Positions 1 through 12,485 of a stretch of DNA of 64,000 nucleotides are shown here, in pieces (the stretch's first letter is position 1; each line of letters opens with the position of its first letter). The position numbers and the translations under genes were made by a program. Source of the DNA: Octopus sinensis (taxonomy: Eukaryota); contig NC_043005.1 in assembly GCF_006345805.1 (NCBI RefSeq), positions 5,146,001 through 5,210,000 of the forward strand. The letters run 5' to 3'. The notes under the pieces were generated by a model. It was not told where the DNA came from. It saw nothing but the letters and a program-made list of their open reading frames with translations, and did not search any database.

Positions 1-59
1 GACAGATTTTCTATGTGTGTTACTTCCAAATGAGACAATAGCTTTTAAAATGGTGACAT

Positions 60-220
60 ATGCCAGTGTGCGTGTGTGTATGTTTCTGTGTCTGTGTGTG
101 TTTGTGTCTGTGTCAGTGTGTGCATGTTTGTGTGTACATGCACATGCATGTTTGTGTGTGTGTGTGTGTGCATGTGTGTTTGTGTGTATGTGAGTGTGTG
201 TATGTGTGTGTGTGTGTGTG

Positions 221-259
<39 letters not shown>
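60..259. repeat. (TG)n/(AG)n compound microsatellite
   Basis: Degenerate TG run followed by an AG run. Explains ORFs 45..314 and 76..363. Confidence 0.95.
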
Positions 260-262
<3 letters not shown>

Positions 263-614
263 CACGTGGTTCCAGTGATAATAGTTTTGTACAAAAAGTA
301 CTAGAGATTTCCAAGTTATTTAAATTGATCCCATCAGTGCCACCATCACGGCATCACGAATAACACCACCATCATTCTAACCACAATCAACACTGTTACC
401 ACTGCTGCCACCACCAACATCATTATCATCCTCACAACCACCACCACTAAAAACTACCAGATTAACTACAAATGTTTAGAGTTTAATTCTCATATAACGT
501 TTCAGAATGAACCTGCATTCACCACATAACTTATGATTGCTTGAAGAGGGTTGTGTATCTACTTCAATCTTTGGAATTATATTCCCTCTTGAACAACTGA
601 TATCCTCATAAATT

Positions 615-915
615 ACATCATTCCCTTATGGAAATGGGTTACCACGTTAAGTGTTCCAGTTGACTGGATCAACAGAACAGCCTGCTTGTGAAGTTAATGT
701 GCAAATGGCTGAGCACTCTTAGCATAGTTCTCAGGGAAATTCAACATGACCCAGGATGTGACAATGCTGGTCCTTTGAATTATAGGTACACTTCACTTTT
801 GCCAGTTAAGTAGACTGGAGCAACAAGAAATAAAGTGTCTTGCTCAAGGACACAACATGCTCCAGGAATTGAACTTGTGATCTTACAATTGTGAGCTGAA
901 TGCTTTAACTACTTA
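615..915 (-). mobile_element. tRNA-derived SINE, family D
   Basis: Minus strand has a degenerate tRNA-like head (AGTAGTTAAAGC...AAGTTCAATTCC) then GTGTCCTTGAGCAAGACACTTTATTTC. Related copies at 5068-5372 and 15815-16200. Confidence 0.7.
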
Positions 916-1029
916 ATTCCCTTATGCACATCAATTGCAAGGAGTACATAAATACACAAATATTTCATAGATTGCAGTTTCAATACCAACCATCTTCAAC
1001 TCGAGAACAACAACATCATCATTATTTAA

Positions 1030-1251
1030 CCCTTTCGATTCCAACCCAGCTGAAACTGCTTCTGGATCTGTAGTACAAATGTCTTGTTTTCAAAAGTTCT
1101 GAATTAAAATCTTCCACCAAACCTTAGTCACAATTTATGTTCCTAACACTAGCTTAATGATAACTAAGGTATTTTACTGAATTCTTTGTTACATTTAAAA
1201 TTAATTGAAAGAAACACAGAGCACCTCAACAGAAATATGGTAACAAAAGGG
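1030..1251. mobile_element. piggyBac-type MITE
   Basis: TTAA|CCCTTT...AAAAGGG|TTAA, with TTAA at 1026-1029 and 1252-1255. A reverse-orientation copy lies at 40133-40357. Confidence 0.85.
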
Positions 1252-1427
1252 TTAATGTCTGCTTTCCATGCTGACATGGGTTGGATGGTTTGACAGGATC
1301 TGGTTAGCCATAGGGCCGCATTTGAGAAATTACCAGCCTGACTTCTCTCTCTCAATCCTGTAACAACATCTTTTATCTTCGACTTAATAATTTTATGCCT
1401 TTTTTTCTAAGGTTTAGTCAAATTAGA

Positions 1428-1800
1428 TGCATGTGTAGCTGTGTGAATAATAAAATCACTTCTGAACCTCGTGGTCTTGGGTTCAGTCTTTATGTACAAT
1501 ACCTTGGGTGAGTATTTTCTACTCTGCTCCTGGGCTAACCAAAGCCATGTGAGTAGATTTGGTAGATGGAAACTGAAAAGAAACCCATTGTGTGTGTGTG
1601 TGTGTGTCTTTGGTCCCTTTGCAATTGCTTGACAACTGGTGTTGATTAGTTTATGTCCTTTTAATTAATTAACGGTTTAATTAAAAGAGACTGATAGAAT
1701 AATTACCATATTTACAAATAAGTACTGGGTTTGATTTGTTTGACTTAATCCCAGTATGGTCTCAGTCCAACGACTGAAACAAGTAAAAGATAAAAGATAA
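1428..1800 (+). mobile_element. tRNA-derived SINE, family B
   Basis: GGGTTCAGTC B-box-like motif, ACCTTGGG body, central (TG)n, tail GACTGAAACAAGTAAAAGA. About 15 full or half copies in the window. Confidence 0.8.
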
Positions 1801-3673
1801 AGAAGAGCAGCTCCCAGTGACCCTTTTTTAGGCCTTCTGAGATTAGTGGAAGTGATTCTCAGAACAGAGACCTACCCTGAATGCATGCAACAGTGTATTC
1901 CACTAAAGTCACCTAAGGGCCAGCTATCTAAGGTATCTTATACACTTGGTCTTTGCATTCAGGCATCTTTAATGTGACCTGACCCCAACATTCTGTATTA
2001 CATACTCTCTAATCCTTCATCAAGAAGTGAAAAATTTTACTTTGGGATCTATCTCTGCCCCCTGTTATCTCGCCAAACACAAACATGCTACAATTCAAAC
2101 AGAACCTTAGCACATAAACCATATTTATCTCAGTCTAGAAAACCCCACTCCTATCTGAAAATCAAGGACAATGATATCTTTACCTATACAGAATAACTAT
2201 TAGCTAATAAATATTACAGATATTGTTGTCGTTTAGCTTTGGTTAAGTTTGTTTAAGCAAACCCAATATCAGAAACATTCCAGCCATGACCATCTTTTCT
2301 TTTTAGAAGTATCTAAAGTTACATTATTCAATTCGTCCTTCTTGTTTTCAAAGTTATATGATGTGATTTTCATGGAGTTTTGGCAGCTATTCCTTGCAGG
2401 TCTATTGACCATATAAAAGCCCCTTCATAACATCTTGTTATTTATACACAAAATTAAAAAAAACCCACCACAAGCAATACTTAGGGATATTGATGGATCA
2501 AACACATATGTATAAAGAGATTAGAGTGTTACCCATCATTCAACAGGTGACTTTGGAAATATGCTTTTGCTATCAAAAACTATGGCATACATTCAATAAT
2601 TAAAATTTAGCGTTTAATGATTTTCTTCATAGAACATTGGTGGTTTAGGAATTGAGAGAATAGAAAGCTCTTAGTGTTTACATACAGAATAGTAATCTTT
2701 CCTGGGAATTATACCTTATGAAAGTGTCTGAGAGTAGCCAATAATTTTAGTTTTGGTTAAAATAACTTCACCAGCTGTTTTTTGATGTTTACCATTCCTT
2801 TTGTCATTGCTGATTCAAGATTTATGTTGTTGAAATTCAATGCAGAGAATGAATGAATGCCAGAGGTTTTGCTTTCAGGCAAACAATTTTTGATGTGATT
2901 ACTAGGCAGGCAGGAATATTACCATTATCAAAGATGTAAACAGTTAGGAATTGGTCCAGCATTCATTAAGAAATTTAAAGTAATTTATCTTCATAAAATA
3001 ACAACAAAGTAAATTAAAAGATAACAAAAAAAAAACAAAGAAACAAAAACAAGGAAAATAAAAATGCAAAATGATGAAAATGATGCTAAAAAAATAAATT
3101 TAGCGGAAAATTTGGAAAGCTGAATTTTGATCTCAGTAGCAGAAAAAAAAAAACCCCAGAAAAGAAGGGAAGAAAACAAGAAAAATTAACAAATAATGAT
3201 AATAATAAATAAAATAGAAGAAACTAAAAAAAAGGGGGACAATGAATAAATTAAGAAACAGAATGGTACCATGGCACCATTGTTGTTAAATTACAACAGA
3301 TAATGACCCTCTCCACCCTGTAGCTATTTTATCTATCTCTTGTTTCTTCTCTATAATACGACCACCCCCCTCCCAAACCATCACTATTTATCTGTCTGTG
3401 GTTCCACCTTCTGTATAATATGACACTATCAATAATGATGTTATTAGGGAAAGAGGAAAGCTGGTTCAGCACAAAGTGTTGTGGGAGGTTCGACTGTTAA
3501 GTGTCAAAACTACTGTGCTGGCTGCTGGCTACTGATGTGTGTGTGTATATGTGTGTGTGTGTGTGCATGTATATTATATGTATGTTAATTGTATGTCATA
3601 TGTGTATATATTATATTATACATGTATATTATATGTATATATATGTACTCGTATATTATGTATATTATATATA

Positions 3674-4032
3674 TCTCTATATATATAAACGGCAAAATGT
3701 CTGTGTGTGTGTCCTTTATACAAATCCACAATTTTTCAGTTATAGGGCTCGCACTTTCTATGGTGATTCAAAACCGTCCAAGGGTGGTCGTGCACATCTT
3801 TATATTTCCCCAGTCACCCCGCAAAGCCATTAAAAAATCAATAGAAGTGACTTTTTTCGTGAATTTTCTATCCAAAATCCAATGCCCAAAACTTGATACG
3901 CCAATTGAATGCCAGCTAGCTGTATGTGATTGGTCGGAGATTTGGACAGTACTCGCATGTATGTGTGCAAGCACGCAGCTGTATATACATGCACTAGCAT
4001 TATGACCCGGCATTGCCAGGTCATAGTGCTAG
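3674..4032 (+). mobile_element. non-autonomous Helitron-like element (359 bp)
   Basis: A|TC 5' end, subterminal hairpin ATGACCCGGCA-T-TGCCAGGTCAT (4002-4024), CTAG|T 3' end, no TSD. Confidence 0.75.
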
Positions 4033-4053
4033 TATATATGTATATATATATAT

Positions 4054-4247
4054 ATCATCATCATCATCATCATCGTTTAACGTCCGTTCTCCATGCTAGC
4101 ATGGGTTGGACGGTTCGACCGGGGTTCTGGGAAGCCAGAAGGCTGCACCAGGCTCCAGTCTGATCTGGCAATGTTTCTACAGCTGGATGCCCTTCCTAAC
4201 GCCAACCACTCCGTGAGTGTAGTGGGTGCTTTTTACGTGCCACCTGC
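4054..4247 (-). mobile_element. RTE LINE 3'-terminal fragment with (GAT)n tail
   Basis: Same sequence family as the terminal ~190 nt of the RTE copies ending at 28740 and 32876. Confidence 0.85.
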
Positions 4248-4255
4248 ATATATAT

Positions 4256-4305
<50 letters not shown>

Positions 4306-4421
4306 ATATTGTATGTATTATTGAAAATATATATATTATATATATTGTATATTGTATATGTATGTATTATTGAAAATATATATATATATATATTGTATAT
4401 TGTATATTGTATGTATTATTG

Positions 4422-4461
<40 letters not shown>

Positions 4462-4479
4462 ATATTGTATGTATTATTG

Positions 4480-4520
<41 letters not shown>

Positions 4521-4870
4521 ATTGTATATATTGTATATATTATTGTGTATGTGTATATATATATATTGTATATTGTATATATTGTATATATTATTGTGTA
4601 TGTATATATATATATATATTGTATATTGTATATATTATTGTGTATGTGTGTATATATATATATTATATATATATATATATACACACACAATAAACGTATA
4701 TATGAATATTATCTATACATATATATGTATATACATAGATATATGTATATACATAGATATATGTATGTATGTTTATATACATGCTCATGCATACACTGAT
4801 AAATACACACGTACATACATACTATATACATACACACCCACACACATAATATACATAACATATATTGAAA
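4248..4870. repeat. (TA)n-derived low-complexity block with minisatellite units
   Basis: Four copies of GTATGTATTATTGAAAA(TA)n, then three of ATTGTATATATTATTGTGTATGT. Confidence 0.9.
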
Positions 4871-5067
4871 GAATCTTAGGAAAGAAACAGAATACGTAGA
4901 CATTTTAAGTGAAATAGTTATCAGGATAAACACATTGCCCTGTCTATCAAATATATTTTCCTTTTACTGGTTTCAGTAACTGATTTAACAAATGTATTTA
5001 GCTCAAGATAGTCCTCAGCATTCTGAGGTATCATCTTGAGAGATCTTTAATTATATCATACACAGAT

Positions 5068-5372
5068 AGTGAAGGCACGTGGCTTGGTGGTTAAGATATT
5101 CTGCTCATGATCCTTATCTTATGAGATTGATTCCTGATGGAATGTTGTGTTCTTGAGCGAGGCACTTTATTTCATGTTGTCCCAGTCTACTCAGCGGGCA
5201 AAAAATGAGTTGTACCTGTATTTCAAAGGGCCAGCTTCATCACACTCTGTGTTAAAAGTATGTGTGTCTGTGAAGTGCTCAGCCATTTGCATGTGAATTT
5301 CACAAGCAGGCTGTTCTGTTGATCGGATCAACTGGAACCCTCATTGTCATAACTGATGGAATGCCGCCAGTT
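5068..5372 (+). mobile_element. tRNA-derived SINE, family D
   Basis: GTGGCTTGGTGGTTAAG A-box-like head and GTTCTTGAGCGAGGCACTTTATTTC body. Confidence 0.7.
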
Positions 5373-6629
5373 AGTTACCTTGATAGTATTTAGTCGGATG
5401 ATCATTTTTATTGATTCCTATTTTATGAATGACTGAATTTATCTTGAGCTATGTCCATTGTAGGGAGTTACTTCCCCTCAGAGAGTATGTACCACTAGGA
5501 AGTTACACAGCATCACACATACATTGAATAATATATCATGTATATAACGTACTCTCTAGGTTATAGTAGCAGTGAACCAGCTTTTGGTGGAATTGAACCA
5601 AGAACTCAGTGGTTTGAAAGTAAATGTTTTATCCACACAGTCATACATTTTGGATGATCAAAAAAATAAGAAAATTTCTTTATTATATTTCTTTTAATTT
5701 TTAACTCTTTTTACATAGCACCTTGGGCAAGTGTCTTCTACAATTTCCCCAGGCTAACCGAAGCCTTGTGAGCGAATTTGGTTGATGGAAAGTTTTTGAA
5801 AGCCCATTGTGTCTGTGAGTGTGTGTGTCTATGTGATTGTATTACTCACCCCACCAACTGCTCAACAACCAGTTATGGTGTATTTGCATCCTCATACCTT
5901 TCCAGTTTGGCAAAAGAGACTGATCAAATAAGTGGCTAACTTTAAAAACATGAAGTACTGGGGTTGATTTGTTTGATTAAGAAATACTTCACGGCAGTGC
6001 TCCAGCATGGCCTTAGTCCTGTGACTGGAACAAATAAAACAAAAAGTTAAACCAATACAATGGTGAATGTTAGGAGTTGCATACTTTCTCAAAATCTACA
6101 TCATATTGCCTTAAATATAAAAAAAAGGTTAAGTAATGTTATCCTAAAAGATGGGATGGTCGCAGCTGGAATGTCTTTGGTCATATGTTTTCTAGAACAG
6201 AGCTAACCAGTGGCTTGACAACAATAGCAAGAATAATTTCCAAAATTGGTAGTTATGTAACCTCTTATGCTACACATTGAAAATATTTGAGGTTTTTATA
6301 ATGTAAAAATATTCACTTATCAGTGTTGGCTTGGAAGGCCATGCCTGGATAGTTTCTCCTCCAGGGCACAGATCTGAGTGTAAAGCATTTTATGGAAGAT
6401 TAGCAGTTGGCCATGTAGCAAGTCTACCCTTTCTACACCACTAAAGTTTACCAACATTATCACAGGTGAACTGAGAATGTAAATAACCAGAACAAACCCT
6501 GGCCTTTGTTTGTTCAATGCTCTAACAACTCACCCCGTTTGCCATCTTGGACCGGTGGGGACTTTATTTTATTGCAAGATGAAATGCAAAGTGGATCTCA
6601 GTAGGACTTGAACTCAGAACATAAATAAG

Positions 6630-7000
6630 TGCAGTTGTAGCTGTGTGGTAAAAAGTTTGCTTTCCAATTACATGGTTCCAGGTTTGGTCCCACTGCATGG
6701 TACCTTGGGCAAGTGAATTTCTACTATAGTCTCAAGCTGGCCAAAGTGTTCTGAGTAGATTTAGCAGATGGAAACAGAAAGAAGCCCATCGTGTGTGTGT
6801 GTGTGTGTGTGTTTGTCCTTCACCACTACTTGAAAACTGGTGGTGTGTGTTTATGTCTCTGTAACTTAGCAGTTTGGCAAAAGAGACTGATAGACTAAGT
6901 ACCAAACTTAAAAAATAAGTACTGGGGTTGATTTGTTCAACTAAAAACTCTCCAAGGTGGTACACCAGCATGGCGACAGTCTAATGAGCCAAAATAAATA
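6630..7000 (+). mobile_element. SINE family B
   Basis: Same head, body, (TG)n and tail as 1428-1800. Confidence 0.75.
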
Positions 7001-7226
7001 CTGCCAGGCATTTTCTCTCTTTTTTGTCCAACACTCAATATAATTTACTCTATCTGCCATCTTGAATTAGTAGGTCTGTAAAGTTTATTGAAAAGTGAAA
7101 CACAAATTTGACCTTGTTGGGATTTGAACCCAGAAAATAAAGAGCTTTAATAAATACTGCAAGGCATTTTGTCCAACACTAACAGCTTTGCCACTCCACT
7201 ACCTATTGTTATATTTTCAGCATTAA

Positions 7227-7445
7227 CCTTTTAGTATTTAAACTGGCCATATTAGGCTCAAATACTTTCTCGGTTTTATGTTTAAACTAGCCTGATCTAG
7301 TCTCTCACACCTATCCTACAATGTCATTCTAAAAATAAACAACCACATCATTGTAATCTTGAAGGTACAAGATGATGCTTGATGTATTAAAGACAAGCAA
7401 ATAAATAAGCATTACATTTGATAGAGTAATCCAAACGCTAAAGGG
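7227..7445. mobile_element. piggyBac-type MITE, second family, degenerate
   Basis: TTAA|CCTTTTAG...CTAAAGGG|TTCA. Confidence 0.55.
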
Positions 7446-7679
7446 TTCATAGATATAAGAAACACAGGGGAAATTCCAAAGGTTTTGTGTTCTAAAAAAT
7501 GTCTACAATTCATTTTCCACTTTTTTTTTATCTTGGATCTTGGTTTCAGTTATGTCACTAATATCACTAAAAAAGTCATGTGTTTCTCCCAGTCTTGTAT
7601 TTGACCATCCTTAAACATTTTAGGCTTGAAATCTTGGAAAAATTATTTAAACGATAATGAATGAATATGAGAGTCTCTG

Positions 7680-7877
7680 TGTGGCTGCTCATCAACTTGC
7701 TAGAAACAACAGTTATATCTCTCTCAAAATTACATCTTACCATTTTGACAAAGGAAGGCATGCTTAATAATGTAGTCCTAGATACACTAATGGTAAAAAT
7801 GAAAAAGTAGGATGATCATTGCTATTGATTGATTTATGTGATCATGGCTGACCTGGTGTTAAACGACAATAACAACG
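7680..7877 (+). mobile_element. interspersed repeat family F with (CAA)n tail
   Basis: TGCTAGAAA...GCTGACCTGG...AAACGACAATAACAAC. Similar blocks near 2222-2420 (-), 13075-13290, 42870-43090 and 52700-53035 (-). Confidence 0.55.
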
Positions 7878-8240
7878 ATGAATATATTTTCCTTTGTAAG
7901 TAAATCAATTTTGATAAGTGTTCAGGATATTGACGAGTCGATGATATTGTTTTGATTGGTTTTTCTGAGAGAAATAACAAAGTCTTTGTTGTTGGTATTT
8001 GATGTTGATGAAAGGGTGTTGTGTTGTGTATCATTACCATCAGCTGACTTTGTCACAACTATCAACACCACCACCAGCACTGACATCATCATCATCACAA
8101 CCACAACCCTCGCCATAAACACCATCACAATCCACATCAACAGCACCTTTACCACCAGCACTGTCATCACAACCATCACCACCACCACCACCACCACCAC
8201 CACTACAATCACACTGATGCCATGCCACCACCACTACACA

Positions 8241-8655
8241 TACCTATTTCTTTACTATCCACAAAGGGCGAAACACAGAAGGGACAAACAAGGACAGACA
8301 AACAGATTAAGTCGATTAGATTGACCCCAATGCTGGTACTTAATTTATCGACCCCGAAAGGATGGAAGGCAAAGTTGACCTTGGCGGAATTTGAACTCAG
8401 AACGTAAAGACAGACGAAATACCTATTTCTTTACTACCCACAAGAGGCTAAACATAGAGGCGACAAACAAGGACAGACAAACGGATTAAGTCAATTACAT
8501 CGACCCCAGTGCATAACTGGTACTTAATTTATCGACCCCGAAAAGATGAAAAGCAAAGTCGACCTCGGCAGAATTTGAACTCAGAACGTAATGACAGATG
8601 AAGCACGGCTACGCATTTTGCCCAGTGTGCTAATGTTTCTGCCAGCTCACCGCCC
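8241..8655 (-). mobile_element. tRNA-derived SINE family C, head-to-tail dimer
   Basis: One tRNA-like head (GAGTTCAAATTC B box) and two tandem bodies, each ending AAAGAAATAGGTA. Confidence 0.85.
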
Positions 8656-9972
8656 TTGTTAGGTCATGTGGGGTGGTGGGAGAGAGAAGCATAAAACAAG
8701 GCATGAGAATGGCTAAGAAGTTTAACAAACATATTGCTTTCCAACATTTGGAGCAAGTGTCTTTTCCATTGAATTTGAATTGAGTGAAGCTTTTTGAATG
8801 AAACTTAGTTAGATAGAAAATGTGAAGAAAACCTTTGGCTATACTACTTTTCTTCTTGGGTGCTTGACTTAATCTAGTTTCACATCAACAATTTTAGCTT
8901 AGGCGACCCTATTGCAAGTATTTAGACGAGACATTTGGTCTGAAGTTGACACAATATCTTTTGTCTGAGCTTTACTCAATATCTAAGTATGCAGCTTCCT
9001 ACTAGGGCAACCCATGGTTCATAATTTCTCTCTGATGCTGCCCCTTGTATGATTGTCTCTTGGAAACCCCTAAAAACAAAAAGTCTTAGGTACTGTTTTG
9101 TGCTGTGTGTGTGTGTGTGTGTGTGCAGTATTAGATAATACAATTGTTATATAAAAAATGTATAACAGAGAAAACTAACTCATCTGATCATATATACCAG
9201 AATATCATGAATACATCCAGGATTCAACTCTCCATATACTTGTTTTTTATTTCCTTCTTGTTTTTTCTCATGTTTTCTCTGAGTCTGGTATCCTGGTTTT
9301 TAAATACATCTAAGCCTGAAAGATTGCTTGGAAAAACATGACATGTTTTTTATATGTATATATATATATCCCAATTTGATGTATCTTAAGGCATGAAACT
9401 ACTAGTAACTCTTTTGCTGTTGTGTATATTAAATGATATTTCTCTCTCACTGGATGGAATATTTTTTTTTTGTTGATCCTACCTATAAAGGCCCTGTAAA
9501 CTATATATGTATATATATATATAATGTTCCTATCCGTACACAAACACCTTGTGTTCTGTTCAGATTGTAATGTAAAAAGAGAAGTGTAGACATGTGTATT
9601 GTTTGTTAGTCCTCAGAGTCTAAATGCGAGGTTACTTTGATGAGAATAACATTACTGACAAACGAGGAAGATGTTGATGATGACAATGATGATGACAATA
9701 GTGTCAATGATGATGCCAGCAATGATGACGATAGAGGTAGTTGTGATGATAATTATAATGGTATATGCTGGGTGGGGTAGGGGTGTACAGATGGAGATGT
9801 TGCTGATGGTAACAATGATGATTGTGGTAGTAGTGGTGATGGTTGTGGTAATGACAACAACGACGGTGATGGTGGTGGTGATCGACGGTGATGGTTGTGG
9901 TGATGGTACTGTGTAAACAATTCAGACAGTTATAAAGCCATGTAGTGTAATGTTTGCCTTAACTCTGTGCAG

Positions 9973-10007
<35 letters not shown>

Positions 10008-10962
10008 AGAAAGAACATCATTCTCTCCAGCTAAGGCAATTGTAAAACAACAGAAGAAGCAGTCAAACCACTGGTGGTGATGTGTTTCCACCATTGAAAC
10101 TTGTTTAAAAAACAAACAAAGCAAAAACTCAAATCCCTGCCATGTTTGTGGCTCATTAAACGACCATCACAGGGCAATGCTTGTTTAATAGCTTCAAAGG
10201 GTTTTTTTTTTTTGGTAGGGGTGGTGGCACTGGAGACTGGACAAACTAGTTTCTTTGATCTTTAGTAAAATAGGCAATCACTCAGTGTGGGATTTTCACC
10301 CTGGCAGGGCAAGTGATAGGGCATGGGGTAGGGTCTTTTTAACCACTTTATCTCAATACAACATGCGTAGACTGAATTATCACCATCATACATATATGCA
10401 TCACCATTATCATCATCGTTTAATGTCCACTTTCCTGTTTGCATAGGTCAGATGGAATTTGTTGAGGTAGATTTTCTATTGCCTGGATGCCCTTCCTGTC
10501 ACCAACACTCACCTGTTTCTAAGCAAGGTAATATTTCTTTTGGCCAGACATGTTTTTCATGGAAGATTGGAAACAAACTTCACTTGTATGATGATGATGC
10601 TCATTTACAAGCATCATATGCTGCCAAGACGAAAGTACACACACACACACACCTTTCAGTTACCATTTACCAGGTCCGTTTAGAGTTTTTGGGATTATAG
10701 CAGTAGATATTTGGCCAAGTTGCTGTGCAGTAGGACTGAACCCGAGGCCACATTATTGGAAAGCAAGCTACTCAACCACACAGCCTATATAGACATTTGA
10801 TTCTTGTTACCAGTTTTCTTGGAATGAAAGAATTAACATTTTTTTGATTTTAATAAAATAATTCATGAGGTGCACATGGAACAGTGAGAATCCAAACAAT
10901 GGTGCATACATTCTTTCTTAATACATTATGGCAGATTTGAATGGGAATTTCTTATTCTTATC

Positions 10963-11153
10963 TGGCCCCTGTGCCGGTGGCATGTAAAAAGCACCCACTA
11001 CACTCACGGAGTGGTTGGCGTTAGGAAGGGCATCCAGCTGTAGAAACACTGCCAGATCAGACTGGAGCTTGGGCAGCCTCCTGGCTTCCCAGACCCCGGT
11101 CGAACTGTCCAACCCATGCTAGCAGGGAAAACGGACGTTAAATGATGATGATG
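10963..11153 (+). mobile_element. RTE 3'-terminal fragment
   Basis: GTGCCGGTGGCA...GTTAGGAAGGGCATCCAGCTGTAGAAAC...GGACGTTAAATGATGATG. Confidence 0.85.
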
Positions 11154-11189
11154 TTTTATGTCATTAAAGAACACCTCTTCCCTTTAGAT

Positions 11190-11735
11190 CAGTGGTTTTC
11201 AACCAGGGTCCATATAGCCCTTGGAGATCTAAATAAGATTTTGTTGTTAAAATTTATGTACAATGAATTGGTTTTACTTCTACAAAACACAAAATATTTC
11301 AATTTCTTTTTGTTATGGCAAGAATCATGATACCCCCTGTGAGAATGAGCCAGCCGAACTCATATAAGTAGCAGCGTGTTTGACTGAGAGCTAGTGATGA
11401 GAAATCGCAGGAAGTCGAAAGGTATCATTTGTGAGTTTGTGGAGTCGCAGGAAATTGTTTGAGTTCATTAAGAGTTGTTTTGGATTGGTTACAGTTGTTG
11501 GTATTTGGGAATACATCAAGTGGAGGCAGTTGGTGTCTACCCCGTTCCATGGTACTATATATCACACTGTATTAGTACAAGACACTCAGGTGACATATAC
11601 AGAAACCACATTATAACATTTTTTAATAATATTTAATTATAAAAATATAATGTGATTATTCAAACATCAAATGGCAATGGGAGGGCACCCAAGTAAAACA
11701 GGAATCAAAGGGACCCCTTTGGTTGTGAACCACTG
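11190..11735. mobile_element. hAT-type MITE
   Basis: TIRs CAGTGGTTTTCAACC / GGTTGTGAACCACTG and a perfect 8-bp TSD CTTTAGAT (11182-11189, 11736-11743). Confidence 0.9.
11311..11618. mobile_element. probable solo LTR nested in the hAT MITE
   Basis: TGTTAT...ATAACA inverted ends, TTTT on both sides, 308 bp, TATAA at 11363, higher GC than the MITE. Confidence 0.6.
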
Positions 11736-11789
11736 CTTTAGATGATGTGTGTTTATGATACATGATTGATTGATTTAAAGAGGACTGCA

Positions 11790-12485
11790 GCACACCACCA
11801 CCACACCCATCACCACTACCACAACCACCACCACCACACTCACCACACCCATCACCACTACCACAACCACCACCACCACCACCACCACACCCACCACCAC
11901 CACCACACCCACCACCCCCACCACTACCACAACCACCACCACCACCACACCCATCACCACTACCACACCCACCACCACTACACCCACCACCACCAAACCC
12001 ACCACACCCACCACTACCACAACCACCACCACCACACCCACCACACCCATCACCACTACCACACCCACCACCACCACACCCACCACACCCACCACTACCA
12101 CAACCACCACCACACCCACCACCACCACACCCACCACTACCACACCCACCACCACCACACCCACCACCACCACACCCACCACCACCACACCCACCACCAC
12201 CACACCCACCACCACCACTACCACAACCACCACCACCACCACCACCACCACACCCATCACCACTACCACAACCACCACCACCACCACCACCACACCCACC
12301 ACCACCACCACCACAACCACCACCACCACCACCACACCCACCACACCCACCACTACCACAACCACCACCACCACCACCACCACACCCACCACCACCACAC
12401 CCACCACCACCACACCCACCACCACCACACACACCACCACCACACCCACCACCACTACACCCACCACCACCACCACTACAACCAT
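11790..12485. repeat. compound (CAC)n trinucleotide array
   Basis: Mostly CAC with ACC, TAC, AAC and CAT variant triplets. Produces the poly-His, poly-Gly and poly-Val ORFs. Confidence 0.95.
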
